Shown in pieces: positions 11,501 to 26,500 of a stretch of DNA of 64,000 nt. Positions within the stretch are counted from its first letter, which is position 1, and each line of letters opens with the position of its first letter. This DNA comes from Mizuhopecten yessoensis (taxonomy: Eukaryota), in the NCBI RefSeq assembly GCF_002113885.1, contig NW_018407568.1:28278-92277 (forward strand), given 5' to 3'. The position numbers and the translations under genes were made by a program. The notes beneath the pieces were generated by a model. It was given only the letters and a program-made list of their open reading frames with translations, made no database searches and was not told the DNA's origin.

Positions 11501-14500
11501 GTTAATAGCTCTCCTTAACCCTTTCACCACTGTAGACCAAAATGGACTCATCCAGATCAACGCATGGTAGAGTCTACTAAAGTTACATAGGGGTGAAAGG
11601 GTTAACATCACACAGTGTGACTGTGTTTTTTTTTAAATTATTTGTTTTAGTTGTTTTTTTATAATTATTATTGAAACTGATTACCCCAATTTATTCACTA
11701 CATGTAGGCTAAACAGGCTTTAATACAAAGAGGATTTCAGGCAATATTAGCAGAAATCAGCACTGATGGTGACACCATTTACATTATCAAAGTGGGAACA
11801 AATTGTGAGTGAGTTGTGTCTACCTGTAGGAGCCTGGTGAACAGGATTGGTGGGTACACTGTGTCCCTGTTCTTCCTCTAACTGGGACAAATCCATCTGA
11901 GTATCATCCATTCCTAGGGCTGAAATAAATAAACACTCACCTTGTAGTGAACAATCCTGAGATAAAATTGATAATGTTGAGACTTTCATTCCATCTCTTG
12001 AGAATATTTTTTTACTTTAAAACTGTATTAGAAAACCAGTTTTTATCGTCATGTTGGATACAGGACAATTCTACAGGATAACAAGATAATGTATTACCCA
12101 AATTTTATGATTGTAGCCATATGTTGGTCAGGGGTATTCGTTAATTCTCTGAAAAAAGTGCCTCCCCCTCTGTTACGGTTAATTCTGAAACAACCCTCAA
12201 GTATATTTGTACTACTAGTACGAGTGTGTTTGTGTACCTTCCTGGGACTCGAGTTGGCCGAGGTCGTGGTGGGCGATGGCCTCTGTGTGACTGGTGAAGG
12301 TGAACCTCTGGTGGGGGATCTGGGGAGAACTGTAACACAACAACACGACACTGAAGAGAAGTGGACAATTTAAAGGGTCAGACCGAAATTCAAACCAGGG
12401 ACCACAAACTCTAGATAGAGCATCTACCTAACTACACTTCCTGCTCTGTTGTCACTTTTCTGCCGTTGCAAAATAAATTGTATACTTTTTTGGGTAGATC
12501 ATGATAAGTATAATCAATATAATAATTTTCACGAAAAACACAGAAATATCAGAAGAAATTTTTGATTTTGCTATTAACAAACTAAATTTTACTTCTGGGT
12601 TCAACTAGAATGGCATATAATAGTTCAAAAGCTAAAAGCCACATGGTTAAAATGAAAGCAATGCAGCAGCTTGTCCAGATTTGCCATACCTGACAGCCTC
12701 TGCAAATCCTCCATCACCTCTGTTGGGGACAAACAGTGTTGGAGTACTGGGCACGATACAGTCCTCTCCATCCTCAAACCCTCCGGCTTGTCCCTGCAAA
12801 AATAGCACACAACTCTCCACATCACCTCAAATACACAGTAAATCAACCTTCATCACAGCTTAATAATTCTTTTCCGTGAATGTTATTCTGGAATTCTTCA
12901 GAAACCAAACTGCAACGATATCCTCTAATAATTATTGTAAAATCTAAGCCTCGTGTTTGTCAACTTAAGAATCTCCCCCCCCTCGGGTTGAGATCCCCCT
13001 ATCTCACCCCCAAGGGGGTGAAAGATTTTATTAATCTCACACCTCACTCACCCCCAGTACAAATGCTGTCAGATGTTCCTCAGTCAACCATAGACTGGAC
13101 TGATATAGGTTATTATACATCTCACACCTCACTCACCCCCAGTACCTCACTCAACCCCCAGTACCTCACTCAATCCCAGTACCCTCACTCACCCCCAGTA
13201 CAAATGCTGTCAGATGGTCCTCAGTCAACCATAGACTGGACTGATATAGGTTATAACACATCTCACACCTCACTCACCCCCAGTACAAATGCTGTCAGAT
13301 GGTCCTCAGTCAACCATAGACTGGACTGATATAGGTTATTAAACATCTCACACCTCACTCACCCCCAGTACCTCACTCACCCCCAGTACCCTCACTCACC
13401 CCCAGTACCTCACTCCCCCCCAGTACCTCACTCACCCCCCAGTACCTCACTCCCCCCCCAGTACCTCACTCACCCCCAGTACAAATGCTGTCAGATGTTC
13501 CTCAGTCAACCATATACTGGACTGATATAGGTTATTACACATCTCACACCTCACTCACCCCCCAGTACCTCACCCACCCCCAGTACAAATGCTGTCAGAT
13601 GTTCCTCAGTCAACCATAGACTGGACTGATATAGGTTATTATACATCTCACACCTCACTCACCCCCAGTACCTCACTCAACCCCAGTACCCTCACTCACC
13701 CCCAGTACCTCACTCACCCCCAGTACCCTCACTCACCCCCAGTACCTCACTCACCCCCAGTACCTCACTCACCCCCAGTACCTCACTCACCCCAAGTACC
13801 TCACTCACCCCCAGAACCTCACCCACCCCCAGTACCTCACTCACCCCCAGTACAAATGGTGCAAGCTGTGTACGCGTGACAGACATCTGGCGCTCCATGG
13901 CATGGAACGGTAGCTGTGAGCGCTGGCTAACTGGCGTCTGTACAGAGGGCGCTACCACTTGTGGCACAGGCTGCACCTCCGGCTCCTGTGGCTCCATCTG
14001 GTTGTCATTATCCTCGTCATCTTGAAGTTTGAAGTTAAAAACAGTTTTTTAAGCATCTAGTTAAATAATTGGCTTCACAAAGGAAATAAAATAGATAACA
14101 GAAAGAGGTGTTTGTATGAATCAATAAAATGAAAACATAATGGTTTCATTTATCAACACTGCAAGAGGCTTACATACATTGTATTAAACTGTACATGTGA
14201 TGACCTACAATGTATCAACCCCCTATATATGATAACCTACCATGGTTACTAGATCTTAAACCCAATGTGACAATGCCATTGTCTTCCTCCAGCCCAGCCT
14301 CCTGTGTTGACCTATGACCTCTGTAATGACCTATTACCTTGTGATATGACCTACTGACCTACAATGACCACTTCATCGTCTCCCTCATCTCCAGGGCTGT
14401 GCATTTCCCCAGGCTGTGTGTCTGTCTGGTACTCATCTTCCCCCTCTTCAGCGTGTCCCTCTGGTAACTAGACAAAAATAATCACAGCTAATTAATAGAT

Positions 14501-17500
14501 GCATTAAAAACATTATTAGACAAAATAAATACAGGTCATCAAAAAAAATATTAACAGATATTTGGAAAAAGGAGGCAAAGCTAATTGAACAAAAAACACC
14601 AGCTAATTAGACATAACAAACAGTAGAGTTGCCAATAATGTCTTTTATCGGTGCTACATTTGTTAAACATATTTTGAAAATACCTATACTGCAAAAACAT
14701 CCATTTCAGATACTTGTGTTAATTTACCAAGGAATAACAATAAAATATTCCAAGATTTGAGTCAAAACCATCTGTGATATGAAATTGGGAGAATTGACCT
14801 TCTAAATAGCAAATGATATTGTACAACAGATTTTTAGGTGAGTGTACTTCTTAAACACTCTGTCTACACATACACCCGACACACTGTCTACACATACACA
14901 CGACACCTTCTCTACACATTCACACAACACACTGTCTACACATACACACGACACCTTGTCTACACATACAAACGACACCTTGTCTACACATACACACAAC
15001 ACACTGCTTACACATACACACAACACACTGTCTACACATACACAGGACACCTTGTCTACACATACACACGACACCTTGTGTACACATACACACAACACAC
15101 TATCTACACAAACAAACGACACCTTGTCTACACATACACACAACACACTGCTTACACATACACACAACACACTGTCTACACATACACATGACACCTTGTC
15201 TACACATTCACACAACCCATGGTCTACACATACACACAACACCTTGTCTACACAAACAAACGACACCTTGTCTACACATACACATGACACACTGTCTACA
15301 CATACACACGACACCTTGTCTACATATACACACAACACATTGTCTACACATACACACAACCCACTGTCTACACATAAACACAACACACTGTCTACACATA
15401 CACAGGACACCTTGTCTACACAAACAAACGACACCTTGTCTACATATACACACAACACACTGTCTACACAAACAAACGACACCTTGTCTACACATACACA
15501 CAACACACTGTCTAAACATACACACAACACATTGTCTACACATACACACAACAACACATTGTACATATACGCACCTCCTCATAGTCATCATCTTGTATTG
15601 GTTCATCATCGTCTTCTTCCTCGTCCTCATCGTAATCACCCATTTCTTCATTATATCCTTCATTATCATCATCATCATCGTAATCTTCCGCATCCTCATC
15701 ATCTTCCTCATCGCTCTCCACAACGATGACTGCATCATCATCATCATCATCTGCCTCCTCCACTTCAGTCTCCTCTTCTATCATTTCCTGTGTCATTTCA
15801 AAGAAAAATGAGAGTACAACATGAGAGTACAACAGGTGATGAATTGTCTGTTGGTGAATTATTTAGGGAGAATTCTTGTAAAACTTTTTCTACTTACACA
15901 TCCCGCCAATTTGTTACGTTATGATTCATTCTTACTTTACATATGAAATCCACTTGACCTTTAATTTTGATTTTGTACTTTATAACAAATCATGTCTTTA
16001 TACGTTATTTTTCTTCTATCTTTCGAGACAAATTGTCAAATACAAAAATATATATATATATATTCCCCCCCGCCTTGTCCTTGTCTACTATCAACAGAAA
16101 TCAGATTGTTATCAGATACTCTTCCTTAATACTGGGCACATACCTGAGTATCAAAGCACACGGTGGCCTGACTTTCGTAGGCCTGGTCCAGTGACGACTC
16201 AAAAATCTATAAATGAAGGAGACAGAGGTGAAACTTGACATGACGACAATAGGTATGATTTAAATTGTAGGTTGTGAATTCTGAATTTTAAGAAGCAATA
16301 TTATTGAGTTCCTATTGTGTAGAACTGTCAAGAAATTTGTAGGGAATAGTAAGTGAATATGTCCCCGGGTGTCTTACCTGTGTGGGTAAACTGTCTGACG
16401 GAACCTCTGACCCCGTAACCTCGGTATCCTGGGTAGCCGTGCCTCCCTGTTCGGGAATGGGCGTTGTGTTGGCATGCTCATCAGTAACAGTGATAGATGG
16501 GAGTGCCTGCTGGTCCTGTAACAGGAGGAGACAACTCTTGATGATTTATATAGTAATCTAAACATGACAACTGACCTCTAGAAGCCTAAATCAGTCAGCA
16601 ATAGTAGACACATACCAATATTTAGTAGCAATTTTTTATAAGGGCTGTATCAGAAATAACCATGGGTGGGAGGCACTTTATAGGAGACCCCACCACCAAT
16701 TAAATATTAAACCCCACCGCCAATAAAATATTTAACCCCGCCACCAATTAAATATTAAACCCCATCACCATTTAAATATTAATCCCCACCGCCAATTAAA
16801 TATTAAACCCCACCGCCAATTAAATATTAAACCCTGCGACCAATTAAATATTAAACCCCACCTTCAATTAAATATTAAACCCAATCACCATTTAAATATT
16901 AAAGTAATTTAATATTTGAAATGGTTGGCAGATCTAATTAAACCCACCACCTATAATATATAAACTCAGGTGCCTCCCAGCTCCCCTAGATAAGTAATGA
17001 TGGAATATTCACAATATATATTGAGAGTACATTGACACACATTCAACCATCAAAGTTAAAACTCAACAGTAAATGTTATTAATATTGTCAACCTCTACTT
17101 AACATATTTTTCATGTTTGCTTCTCTTCACACTGTGTTCTACTGTTACCGACTCACTCCCACATCAACCGTGACAACGTCATGTTTGACACATCATTGAT
17201 ACTCGAGGGGTTACGCTCACTTTCGCTCTCCAACTCTGGGAATAAGTCATACCAAAATTGAAGGCTCACGGCTAGCTACTTGATCGGTCTTGGGTAAAAA
17301 AAGCTCTGACCAATCACTAGGCTGATCCCTGTTCTTTGAAGATTAGAGAGGAGCGACACACAACTTTAAAGCCAGTCAATTTTACATTTAAGCAACCGAC
17401 AGATTCTTTTTCATGTACATCAAAGGATCAAACTAGTCTCCTCGTCTCATCCACAGGGTGACGCCCACCAAGCCTTCATTTTTGTTATGACATATTCCCG

Positions 17501-20500
17501 GGGTGCAGAGAGCGAAAGTGAGCGTAACCCCTCGAGTATTGAGGATGTGTTGGACAGGAAGTATTACTTACAATGGCTATGCATTCAACAACATAACACT
17601 GACTAACACCATACTTCACATAATGATACTTTACTCACTTACTTACCAGAATAATGTTCTACATCAAGAGACTTAGTTTACCTTTATATAAGAGATACAA
17701 ATATCAATAACTCGTCATACTTACAGGAGATACTCTCGTTCTTTTGGCGTCCGTCTCCTCCTCATGTCTGCCAAAAAAGAAGAAATAATCAAAAATTATT
17801 AACTAAATAAAAGAATAAGATTTCCAGGACATTCTCGATACAATTATTTCACCAAATAGCATACCTATATATACATGGTAGACATTTGGTTTAAACAATA
17901 TTTTATTTCATTCATCATATATAATAACTACACAGGTAAATAGGAATAGAATCTGGCAACAAGATTGTAAATCTTATATATATAAAGCCATCTCCCTTGA
18001 AATGCAATTGCATAAAAGAAGTTCTTCAACATGTAGTTAATTAATACACATAAATTGTTTAAACCAACAGTTTGAGAAGCACGTGCGGTTTATAGCCGAC
18101 CAATGAGATTGTTTCGAAAGCGTAAGGCGTGATGGGGTTAGTTTGTTAGGCATTCTAGCTTTTGGTCAGCTCAGGAACGGACCGTTTGAATTCAGCATAA
18201 TTCATTGTAATATAAGGGAAATAATAGCTTGTAACTCTTGAATGTATGAAGATCGTGTTCATACTCCATGTTTAGAAATACCAGCAAGGTAAACCTGAAG
18301 CATTGGGCTGGTACACCTCCTGTAACCCTAAAATGGGTTTTCAGGTTGGGTGGCAGGCTTGGTTTATTTAGATAAACATGGTCTGAGAGGGGGAGATGTC
18401 GAGTGTGGGTTACACGTATGATGTATATATGTGCATAAAACAACGATTTGAAATAAACGCCGACTCATTCGTTCCTAAAGGCCGAGCAGCTAATTGCATA
18501 TAAGGAGTTGTTTTTTTTTTATACGGAGTAGTAAGTATATAGAGGACTTTAACCTTTCAGGGTTCAAATTAATATGTGAAGTTCCTATGGTGTTCATTCT
18601 AGCTTGGTCGATATTTAATCTAAGCAGTTTCTTTCAACATGCTACTAAGTCAAAATGTTATAACACTGATATTTGTTTGCTATGGCCGAGTTAGACGATT
18701 GACCATTTATTTCAGACATATAAGAGAGTCAGTAATTCAGAGTCATCTATATGTGCGGCATTTCTGTCGCATAGACATTGGAAATTGGGGGCCAAATGTA
18801 CATTTCTACAGGAATCCCAGAAGGGCACCTCCAAATATAATCACTGTACACCTGATCCTATATTGGAGATTATTTTAGGAGGCAGATAGAGTAGGTTTGA
18901 CTGTTTCCAAATCTCACCCTTCCATGTCGTCACGTGAACGTTTCAGTTGAGTGCCTGTTGCTTGGGAGTCGCAGGCTGCTGAAGAAGATGGCTGTGGATC
19001 TACGGCAGCCATCTCTGTGTGACTACTCACTACCTCTGTCTCCGTGACAACCACTGTTGGTTCTGTAAAAAAAAAGAAAATTATTCATACAGGATTGCTT
19101 AGAGTAATTGTGTTGTTTGATTTTGTCAAGACAACTAAGTAACTGTTAACCAATAAAAACGTTAAAGTGTTGACTTGACTAGACCCAGTGATGCTGATCT
19201 CAACTTAGGGACACTCGGATGTGCTTAAAGAGACCTTCCCTTACCGGAGCAGTGTCTTTTTTGTTTATCTTTTTCCAAACAGTTTTATTGCTTGGACCTG
19301 ATTTGTTCATTTAAGAAGTACAACTCACCCAGTGATTTGGTGCCATTTTATGGTGAGCCTTGATTAGATAGAGCCAGGATCATAAACTATATTTTACGAA
19401 TGCAATTTTTTTTTAAAGATCTTATTTGAATTTAGAAATTGAACATTGGCGTGAAGGGTTTAGCCCACTGAAATAGAAGAAACGGAATATATCCTATCAT
19501 GTAATACAGCTTTCTAATCAAAGCTCTCTACAACCTTAGAGAGATAGATGCTTACCTGTGCCAGATTCCACCTGGGGAGTGACCCTTTGAACATGCTGGG
19601 TGGGGCGGGCCAGGGCAGGAGACAGCTGGGACACTTGGGAGCTCTCTGTAGGAGCACAAACACACAAGAGTATTGTATGATCAGTCAGTATCAGTTAAGA
19701 GTATTGTATGATCAGTCAGTAGCAGTTAAGAGTATTGCATGATCAGTTAGTATCAGTTAAGACAATTCTGATAGTGATCAGAACATAATCATATAGAGTA
19801 GTAATAGGATTGCTGACATTTAGAGTAGCTGTTGTAATGAAATCATGCATATCTATGGATGGACAATCACTATTATAGGTATAGCCTAGGCTTGACATGG
19901 AGCATTGCGGTTGGGGCAGGTGCAACCCCATGTCAGACAAGTTAAATGTCTCCATCAAATTTCAAAAAGATTAGTCATTTGGATTCGAGGTTATCTCTGA
20001 AAACAAAAGTTTAGACGGACGGACAGACTTAACCACAAAGAAAGGTCAAAGAAAAATTCCCAACCTACCCTGGTTGTCCTGAACAGATACTGTGGTTGGC
20101 ATGACAGTAGCCGTCGGTGTGGGGCCACTACTGGGTGCCACTGTTGTTGGGGCAATGGCCATCGGTCGAATACTGGCGGTGGCTTTAGTGGCAGCAGACT
20201 GTGGCTGAATCTGAGCAGGCTGGGTCCGCGGTGTTACAGGTACCGGGGACGCCATCGGCCGGATGTTGGCCGTCTTTGGAGCCTCAGAGGTAGGCGCACT
20301 TCAGAGAAAAAAGTCAACATTCATATGAATTCAGCTGTTGTCTTATGTCATCTTTTTACTTTACCTTTTAAAATTCATTCATTGTAATCATATAACTTTT
20401 AAGATTCATCTGAGCTGTATTAATCGAAGCACAGCCAAATCAACTTGTCCATTGAATGTCATCTTGTGCATTTTTGGCACCTACCTGTAATTGATCATAC

Positions 20501-23500
20501 ACTTTACTGGTCATTTGTTTGATGAAGGTGACAGAGTACATATCAAACTATCATCAAAACATCAACCATAAACATTTCACAGGTTGTGCTGTAGGAACTT
20601 GAATTTAATATATATAAATATATATACCAACCCGAAGAAAATATTTCGAAACTTCAAAATTTGATCAATAGATTTAAACTGAAAATGTGGTAACAATTGA
20701 TCCAAAAATCTTGAAATCAAGTAGGATTGAGCAAGGTAAATGAACTGATTAAACAAAAGCTACTGACCGACATGACCACAATAACTTACCTGACACGCTC
20801 CACCGTGACAGTGGCAGAGGGTCGAGCCACCTGTGGTTGTGGCGGAACTGACTTGGTCTGCTGGGACTCGATCTGCTTCTGTAACTGTTGTATCTGTTAA
20901 ACAATATAAAATAAATTCATAAATTCTAAAGAAACTTGAGAATATTTTTTTGTTGAATTGCCATCTCTATTTAATTGAAACTGACTTTCACATTTCAGCT
21001 GGTTTGTATACAATAACATAGCAAGTCTGCAACTCCAGCAGATTCTATTTAGAAATCTCCAAAGAAATAAAGAGAAAAGGCATCAAAATTTCATAATAGC
21101 ACTCTGCAGGGTACTAAATTTCAATTCAATAGTATTTCAATGCTTCTTTTTCTGCTATTGACTATCTCGTTTTGTTTTTCAAGCCAATATACCAACTCCT
21201 TTCATAATGACAACACTTTCACGAGAAAGCACCCAGGGGTGGCATATCCCCAGGGAAAAGTCACATTTGTTCTGAAGTTATCATCTGGAAAAGTGTAACC
21301 AACCAGGATTCTATTTTTTAGCAACACTGACCTTGCAATTGACTTCTACTGGACCATGCCCAAAATCGATAAGGATCTTTGCATCCACTAGAGCAACGTT
21401 AACACAGACACTAAGTTTGAAGATTTTATGATCATTTGTTCTCAAATTATCATCCGAAAAGTGCGATGGACAGCCACCATGCCTGACCAGTCTATTTGTT
21501 CAGTGGGAGAGGGGGACTAACCTTGGTCTGTAGCTCGGTGGCGATGGACAGCCCCCCTGCCTGACCAGTCTATTTGGTCAGTGGGAGTGGGGGACTAACC
21601 TCTGTAGTTCGGTGGCGATGGACAGCCACCATGCCTGACCAGTCTATTTGTTCAGTGGGAGTGGGGGACTGACCTTGGTCTGTAGCTCGGTGGCGATGGA
21701 CACCCCCCCTGCCTGACCAGTCTATTTGGTCAGTGGGAGTGGGGGGCTAACCTTGGTCTGTAGCTCGGTGGCGATGGCCCCCCTGCCTGACCAGTCTATT
21801 TGTTCAGTGGGGGTGGGGGACTAACCTTGGTCTGTAGGTCGGTGGCGATGGACAGCCCCCCTGCCTGACCAGTCTATTTGGTCAGTGGGAGTGGGGGGCT
21901 AACCTTGTTCTGTAGCACGGTGGCGATGGACAGCCACCATGCCTGACCAGTATATTTGTTCAGAGGGAGAGGGGGACTAACCTTGGTCTGTAGTTAGGTG
22001 GCGATGGACAGCCACCATGCCTGACCAGTATATTTGTTCAGAGGGAGAGGGGGACTAACCTTGGTCTGTAGTTAGGTGGCGATGGACAGCCACCATGCCT
22101 GACCAGTCTATTTGTTCAGTGGGAGTGGGGGACTGACCTTGGTCTGTAGCTCGGTGGCGATGGACAGTCACCCTGCCTGACCAGTCTATTTGGTCAGTGG
22201 GAGTGGGGGACTAAACTTGGTCTGTAGCTCGGTGGCGATGGACAGCCCCCCTGCCTGACCAGTGTATTTGGTCAGTGGGAGTGGGGGACTAACCTCTGTA
22301 GTTGGGTGGCGATGGACAGCCACCATGCCTGACCAGTATATTTGTTCAGAGGGAGAGGGGGACTAACCTTGGTCTGTAGTTAGGTGGCGATGGACAGCCA
22401 CCATGCCTGACCAGTATATTTGTTCAGTGGGAGTGGGGGACTAACATTGGTCTGTAGTTCGGTGGCGATGGACAGCCACCATGCCTGACCAGTATATTTG
22501 TTCAGTGGGAGGGGGGGACTAACATTGGTCTGTAGTTCGGTGGCGATGGACAGCCGCCCTGCCTGACCAGTCTATTTGGTCAGTGGGGGACTAACCTTGG
22601 TCTGTAGCTCGGGGGCGATGGACAGCCACCCTGCCTGACCAGTCTGTTTGGTCAGTGGGAGTGGGGGACTAACCTCTGTAGTTCGGTGGCGGTGGACAGC
22701 CACCCTGCCTGACCAGTCTATTTGTTCAGTGGGAGTGGGGGCCTAACCTTGGTCTGTAGCTCGGTGGCGATGGACACCCTGCCTGACCAGTCTATTTGGT
22801 CAGTGGGGGACTAACCTTGGTCTGTAGCTCGGTGGCGATGGACAGCCACCCTGCCTGACCAGTGTATTTGGTCAGGGGGAGTGGGGGACTAACCTTGGTC
22901 TGTAGTTCGCTGGCGATGGACAGCCAAGCCACCTGACCAGTCTATTTGGTCAGTGGGAGTTGGGGACTAACCTTGGTCTGTAGCTCGGTGGCGATGGACA
23001 GCCACCCTGCCTGACCAGTCCATTTGGTCAGTGGGAGTGGGGGACTAACCTTGGTCTGTAGCTCGGTGTTTTCCTCCTGGGCTCTCTGTAACACAGTTTG
23101 TACCTCAGACACATTGTTAATGGCAGAATCCTTTGTAGCTCGGGTTTCTGCCAGTTCTTTCTCCATTTTGGACAGTTTCTCTTCCACCTCTGATCGTACT
23201 GCCAACACTCTCTGCTCTACATCACCTAAGTGTTTGAAATCAAGGTCTGACATCAGCAGCGGCAAATTTTGCTACAACACAGCTGAACCAGACTAGTGAG
23301 ACAAGTTTATGACCTGCCAACACCCGTGGTCTCTGTTGATAACTTTGTTTTGTATGATTTCAAAGCTTGAAAAATGGGATACTTAAAACAATCAATTACA
23401 AGAATAAGGGATCTAAATCATGTCTTTCACTGAACTTACTTAACTATTTTTTATTTAATAACTTACCATAGAAATCATAAATATATGCAAACAAGTTTTT

Positions 23501-26500
23501 TCTAATAATCAAAAAGAATGATGATAAAATTTGAAAGCTGCAGCCATAGAGAATGTTTTATGATTGTGATGATTATCTGCGATGACTTCAGACATGAAGA
23601 TATTTTACGATAATGACACTCTGAAACAGTTGCAGACAAAGACGTTGTATAAAACCTGTACTGTAACAGTAGTTGAAAAAGACAACACACCTTTCATTTT
23701 TTCTGACACGGACATCTTCTGTTTTTCAGACATGGACAGTTTCTGTTTCAGATCGTTCATTTCTGTAGTGACTTTTTCAATCTGTTCATTCTGCGAGCCA
23801 ATCTTTTTCTTTGCAGCTTGTAAGACGTTTCGTGATTGGTTGAGTTTTTTTTCATATTCAGCATTTTCTTCCCTGACCTTGGAACTTTCCTCTTTACTCT
23901 GTGTCAGCTCCTGAAATTATAATGCTTAACTGGTTAACAGTGTCAGCTTCTGAAGTTATAATGCTTAACTGGTAAACAGTGTCAGCTCCTGAAAATAATC
24001 ATTCTTAACTGGTTAACAGTGTCAGCTCCTCGTTAGCTTTACGGTTAAACCTTTCAATTTCCCCCCTCTTCTTTTCTACTCCAGTTCCCCCTCCCCCTCC
24101 AACTAGCTACTGATTCTGGCAAACATATTCTCTTTGAACACAATTTCTAAGGCAAACATTTACTCATGTAACATTTGCTTATCTGACAAAGAATTTCCTC
24201 ATCAGCATCAAACTCATATGTATTTCACATTTGTATATCTGACAAGGAATTTCAAATGACACTGCATTACATTTGATCTTTTCATCATTGATGAATTTGA
24301 AGATCTTTTTCAGGAGATGATATACAGACCTGTTGTAGTTTTAAGGACTGTTCCTTGGTAGTGTTGGACTCGGTCGTCGTCTGCTCCAATCTCTGTTTGA
24401 GTTCGTCTCTCTCCTTCTCTGCGGCGCTGAGCTTCTCCTGGATGGGAGCCACGGCCTGTTCAATGACCTCTGTGCTTGGTGGAGCAGGTTCTTTACTCTG
24501 AGCTGCCTGTTGGGCCTGGAAGTCGTCCAGCTCTTTCCGTACGGCCTCCGCCTGCTCCTTATACTTTCGTCCGATCTTCTTCAGCTGTAAAGGAAATTTT
24601 TATCAGATCATTCTTAACTCTACTTTTCATCAGTACATTTTCACATTGCAAATTAAAAGTCACTAGACCTTAACAGAACATAAACAAGTAATTGTTAACA
24701 TAAGGATCCAGTGATCATGAGTGAGCTGAGCAATGCTAAGAAGCAATATTACAGTGAGAGTAAGAACTACATGGCCCTGGACCAGTTGTGTCCATTTAAC
24801 CTGACTAGGGAAGGAGACAAACAAACATAGTAAGAACTACGAGGCCCTGGACCAGTTGTGTCCATTTAACCTGACTAGGGAAGGTGACAAAAAACCAAAG
24901 TAAGAACTACGAGGCCCTGGTCCAGTTGTGTCCATTAAACCTGACTAGGGAAGGTGACAAACTAAGAACTACGAGGCCATTAAACCTGACTAGGGAAAGA
25001 GACACACTAACATCCTGTTATGATTACAGAGAAGTTTCTTACCTGGTTTATTGTTTTTGTCTTTTCTTCACTGTCGTTGTCCTTTGTTACACATTCAGCC
25101 ACTTTGCCTGCAATTTCCTTCCTGTTTTATGTTTAAATAAAAGTCAAAAATCATGAAACAGGAATATAGTGATGATACCCATTAGAAAGACTTTTTTGAA
25201 ATCAAATAAGAGTTACTGATTTGAAGAACAAATGTGTTTCCTCAAGCAACGAAACCTCATAAAAAAAGTCATATGAACAAACCACAGGTTACCGATACAA
25301 GTTTAATTTTGGCATGGAATATGGACCGATCTATATTTCCACAGTCCCCACGTTACACAGGAGAAATACTTGTTTATATAAAATAACTGGAAACCAACCC
25401 TGTGAACTATACATGCATAGGTGATAAAATATTAAACAGCTGTTTTACTCACTGGAATTTTTCTGTTTCCTGCTTGCTTGCATTTAGTTCTCTCCTGTAA
25501 AATGAAACATAACACATGTATAGTCTGTCGACATGGTCAGAAGTTGTTGACAACATTTTTCAGAAAGAGAGTTGAACGAGTAAAATCTGATCCCAGTTGT
25601 GCATTGCATGCTCAGTCAAATTAACAAGATCATAAACTGTAGTTACGATTTCTTCAGGACATTACGGTCCTTAAGGATCCCTGTCCCACTGCGCTGTATT
25701 TTTTGTTTCTTTATACAGTAACTTCCCCTTAACTTCTGTTTAGATGTACATGGAACTAGAGAAAATGTTGGGTCAGGACACTTCCATTGACCTGGTAGCT
25801 TTTTATACCCAGCGAGACCCATACTCGTTACCAAGCAAGGACAAACTAAAATGTCGGCACTCCCTAAGAAACGATAGTCAGAATAGATCGGGAAGATCTC
25901 AAAACAAGATTTTTTTTTTTTTTAAATCTCAATTGAAAGCTTTTTAACTTGCACTGTCAGCTTTAAGATGTCCTTGTTCACCAAATCTGGTTACTCCAGG
26001 TGAAAAAGTATAGAAGATATGCCCGGACAAACATTTTCAAAAGTTAAGGTCAATTCATTGGTCACAGTGAGGTCATAGTGACCTAATTTGAATGCACTCT
26101 GCACTCCACGTTCCCAAGATGTCCTTGTACATCAAATCTGGTTACTACAGGTGAGATAGTATAGAAGATATGTCCCTACAAACTTCTCCCACAGAAGTAT
26201 ACATCCTAAGGAAACCTTATGTACAGTTTAAAATATTTCAAATTCTTGTGAAAATCTCTTTATAAAGAAACTTACTGTATTTTTTCTATTTCTTGTTTGC
26301 TGGCACCTGATTCTCTCCTGAAGTATAAAACCATGTTCTAATTTTTAACCACATAGAAGTTAAATCATTAAATAAATTATCACTATTTACCTCCTCCAAA
26401 TCCTGTATTTAACGAACTTACATTTGGATATCTTTGAAATTTAAATTTTACTTACCGTTACATTTTCTTCAATGGGATAATTATATAAGCTCTATCTCAA

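Noticed and set aside
14802-15811. Cys/His/Thr-rich ORFs on both strands
   Set aside because: They are translations of the 24-bp CA-rich minisatellite and of the antisense or wrong frame of the acidic exon.
18075-18110. E-box plus CCAAT as an internal promoter
   Set aside because: Short motifs in an intron with no associated exon or other support.
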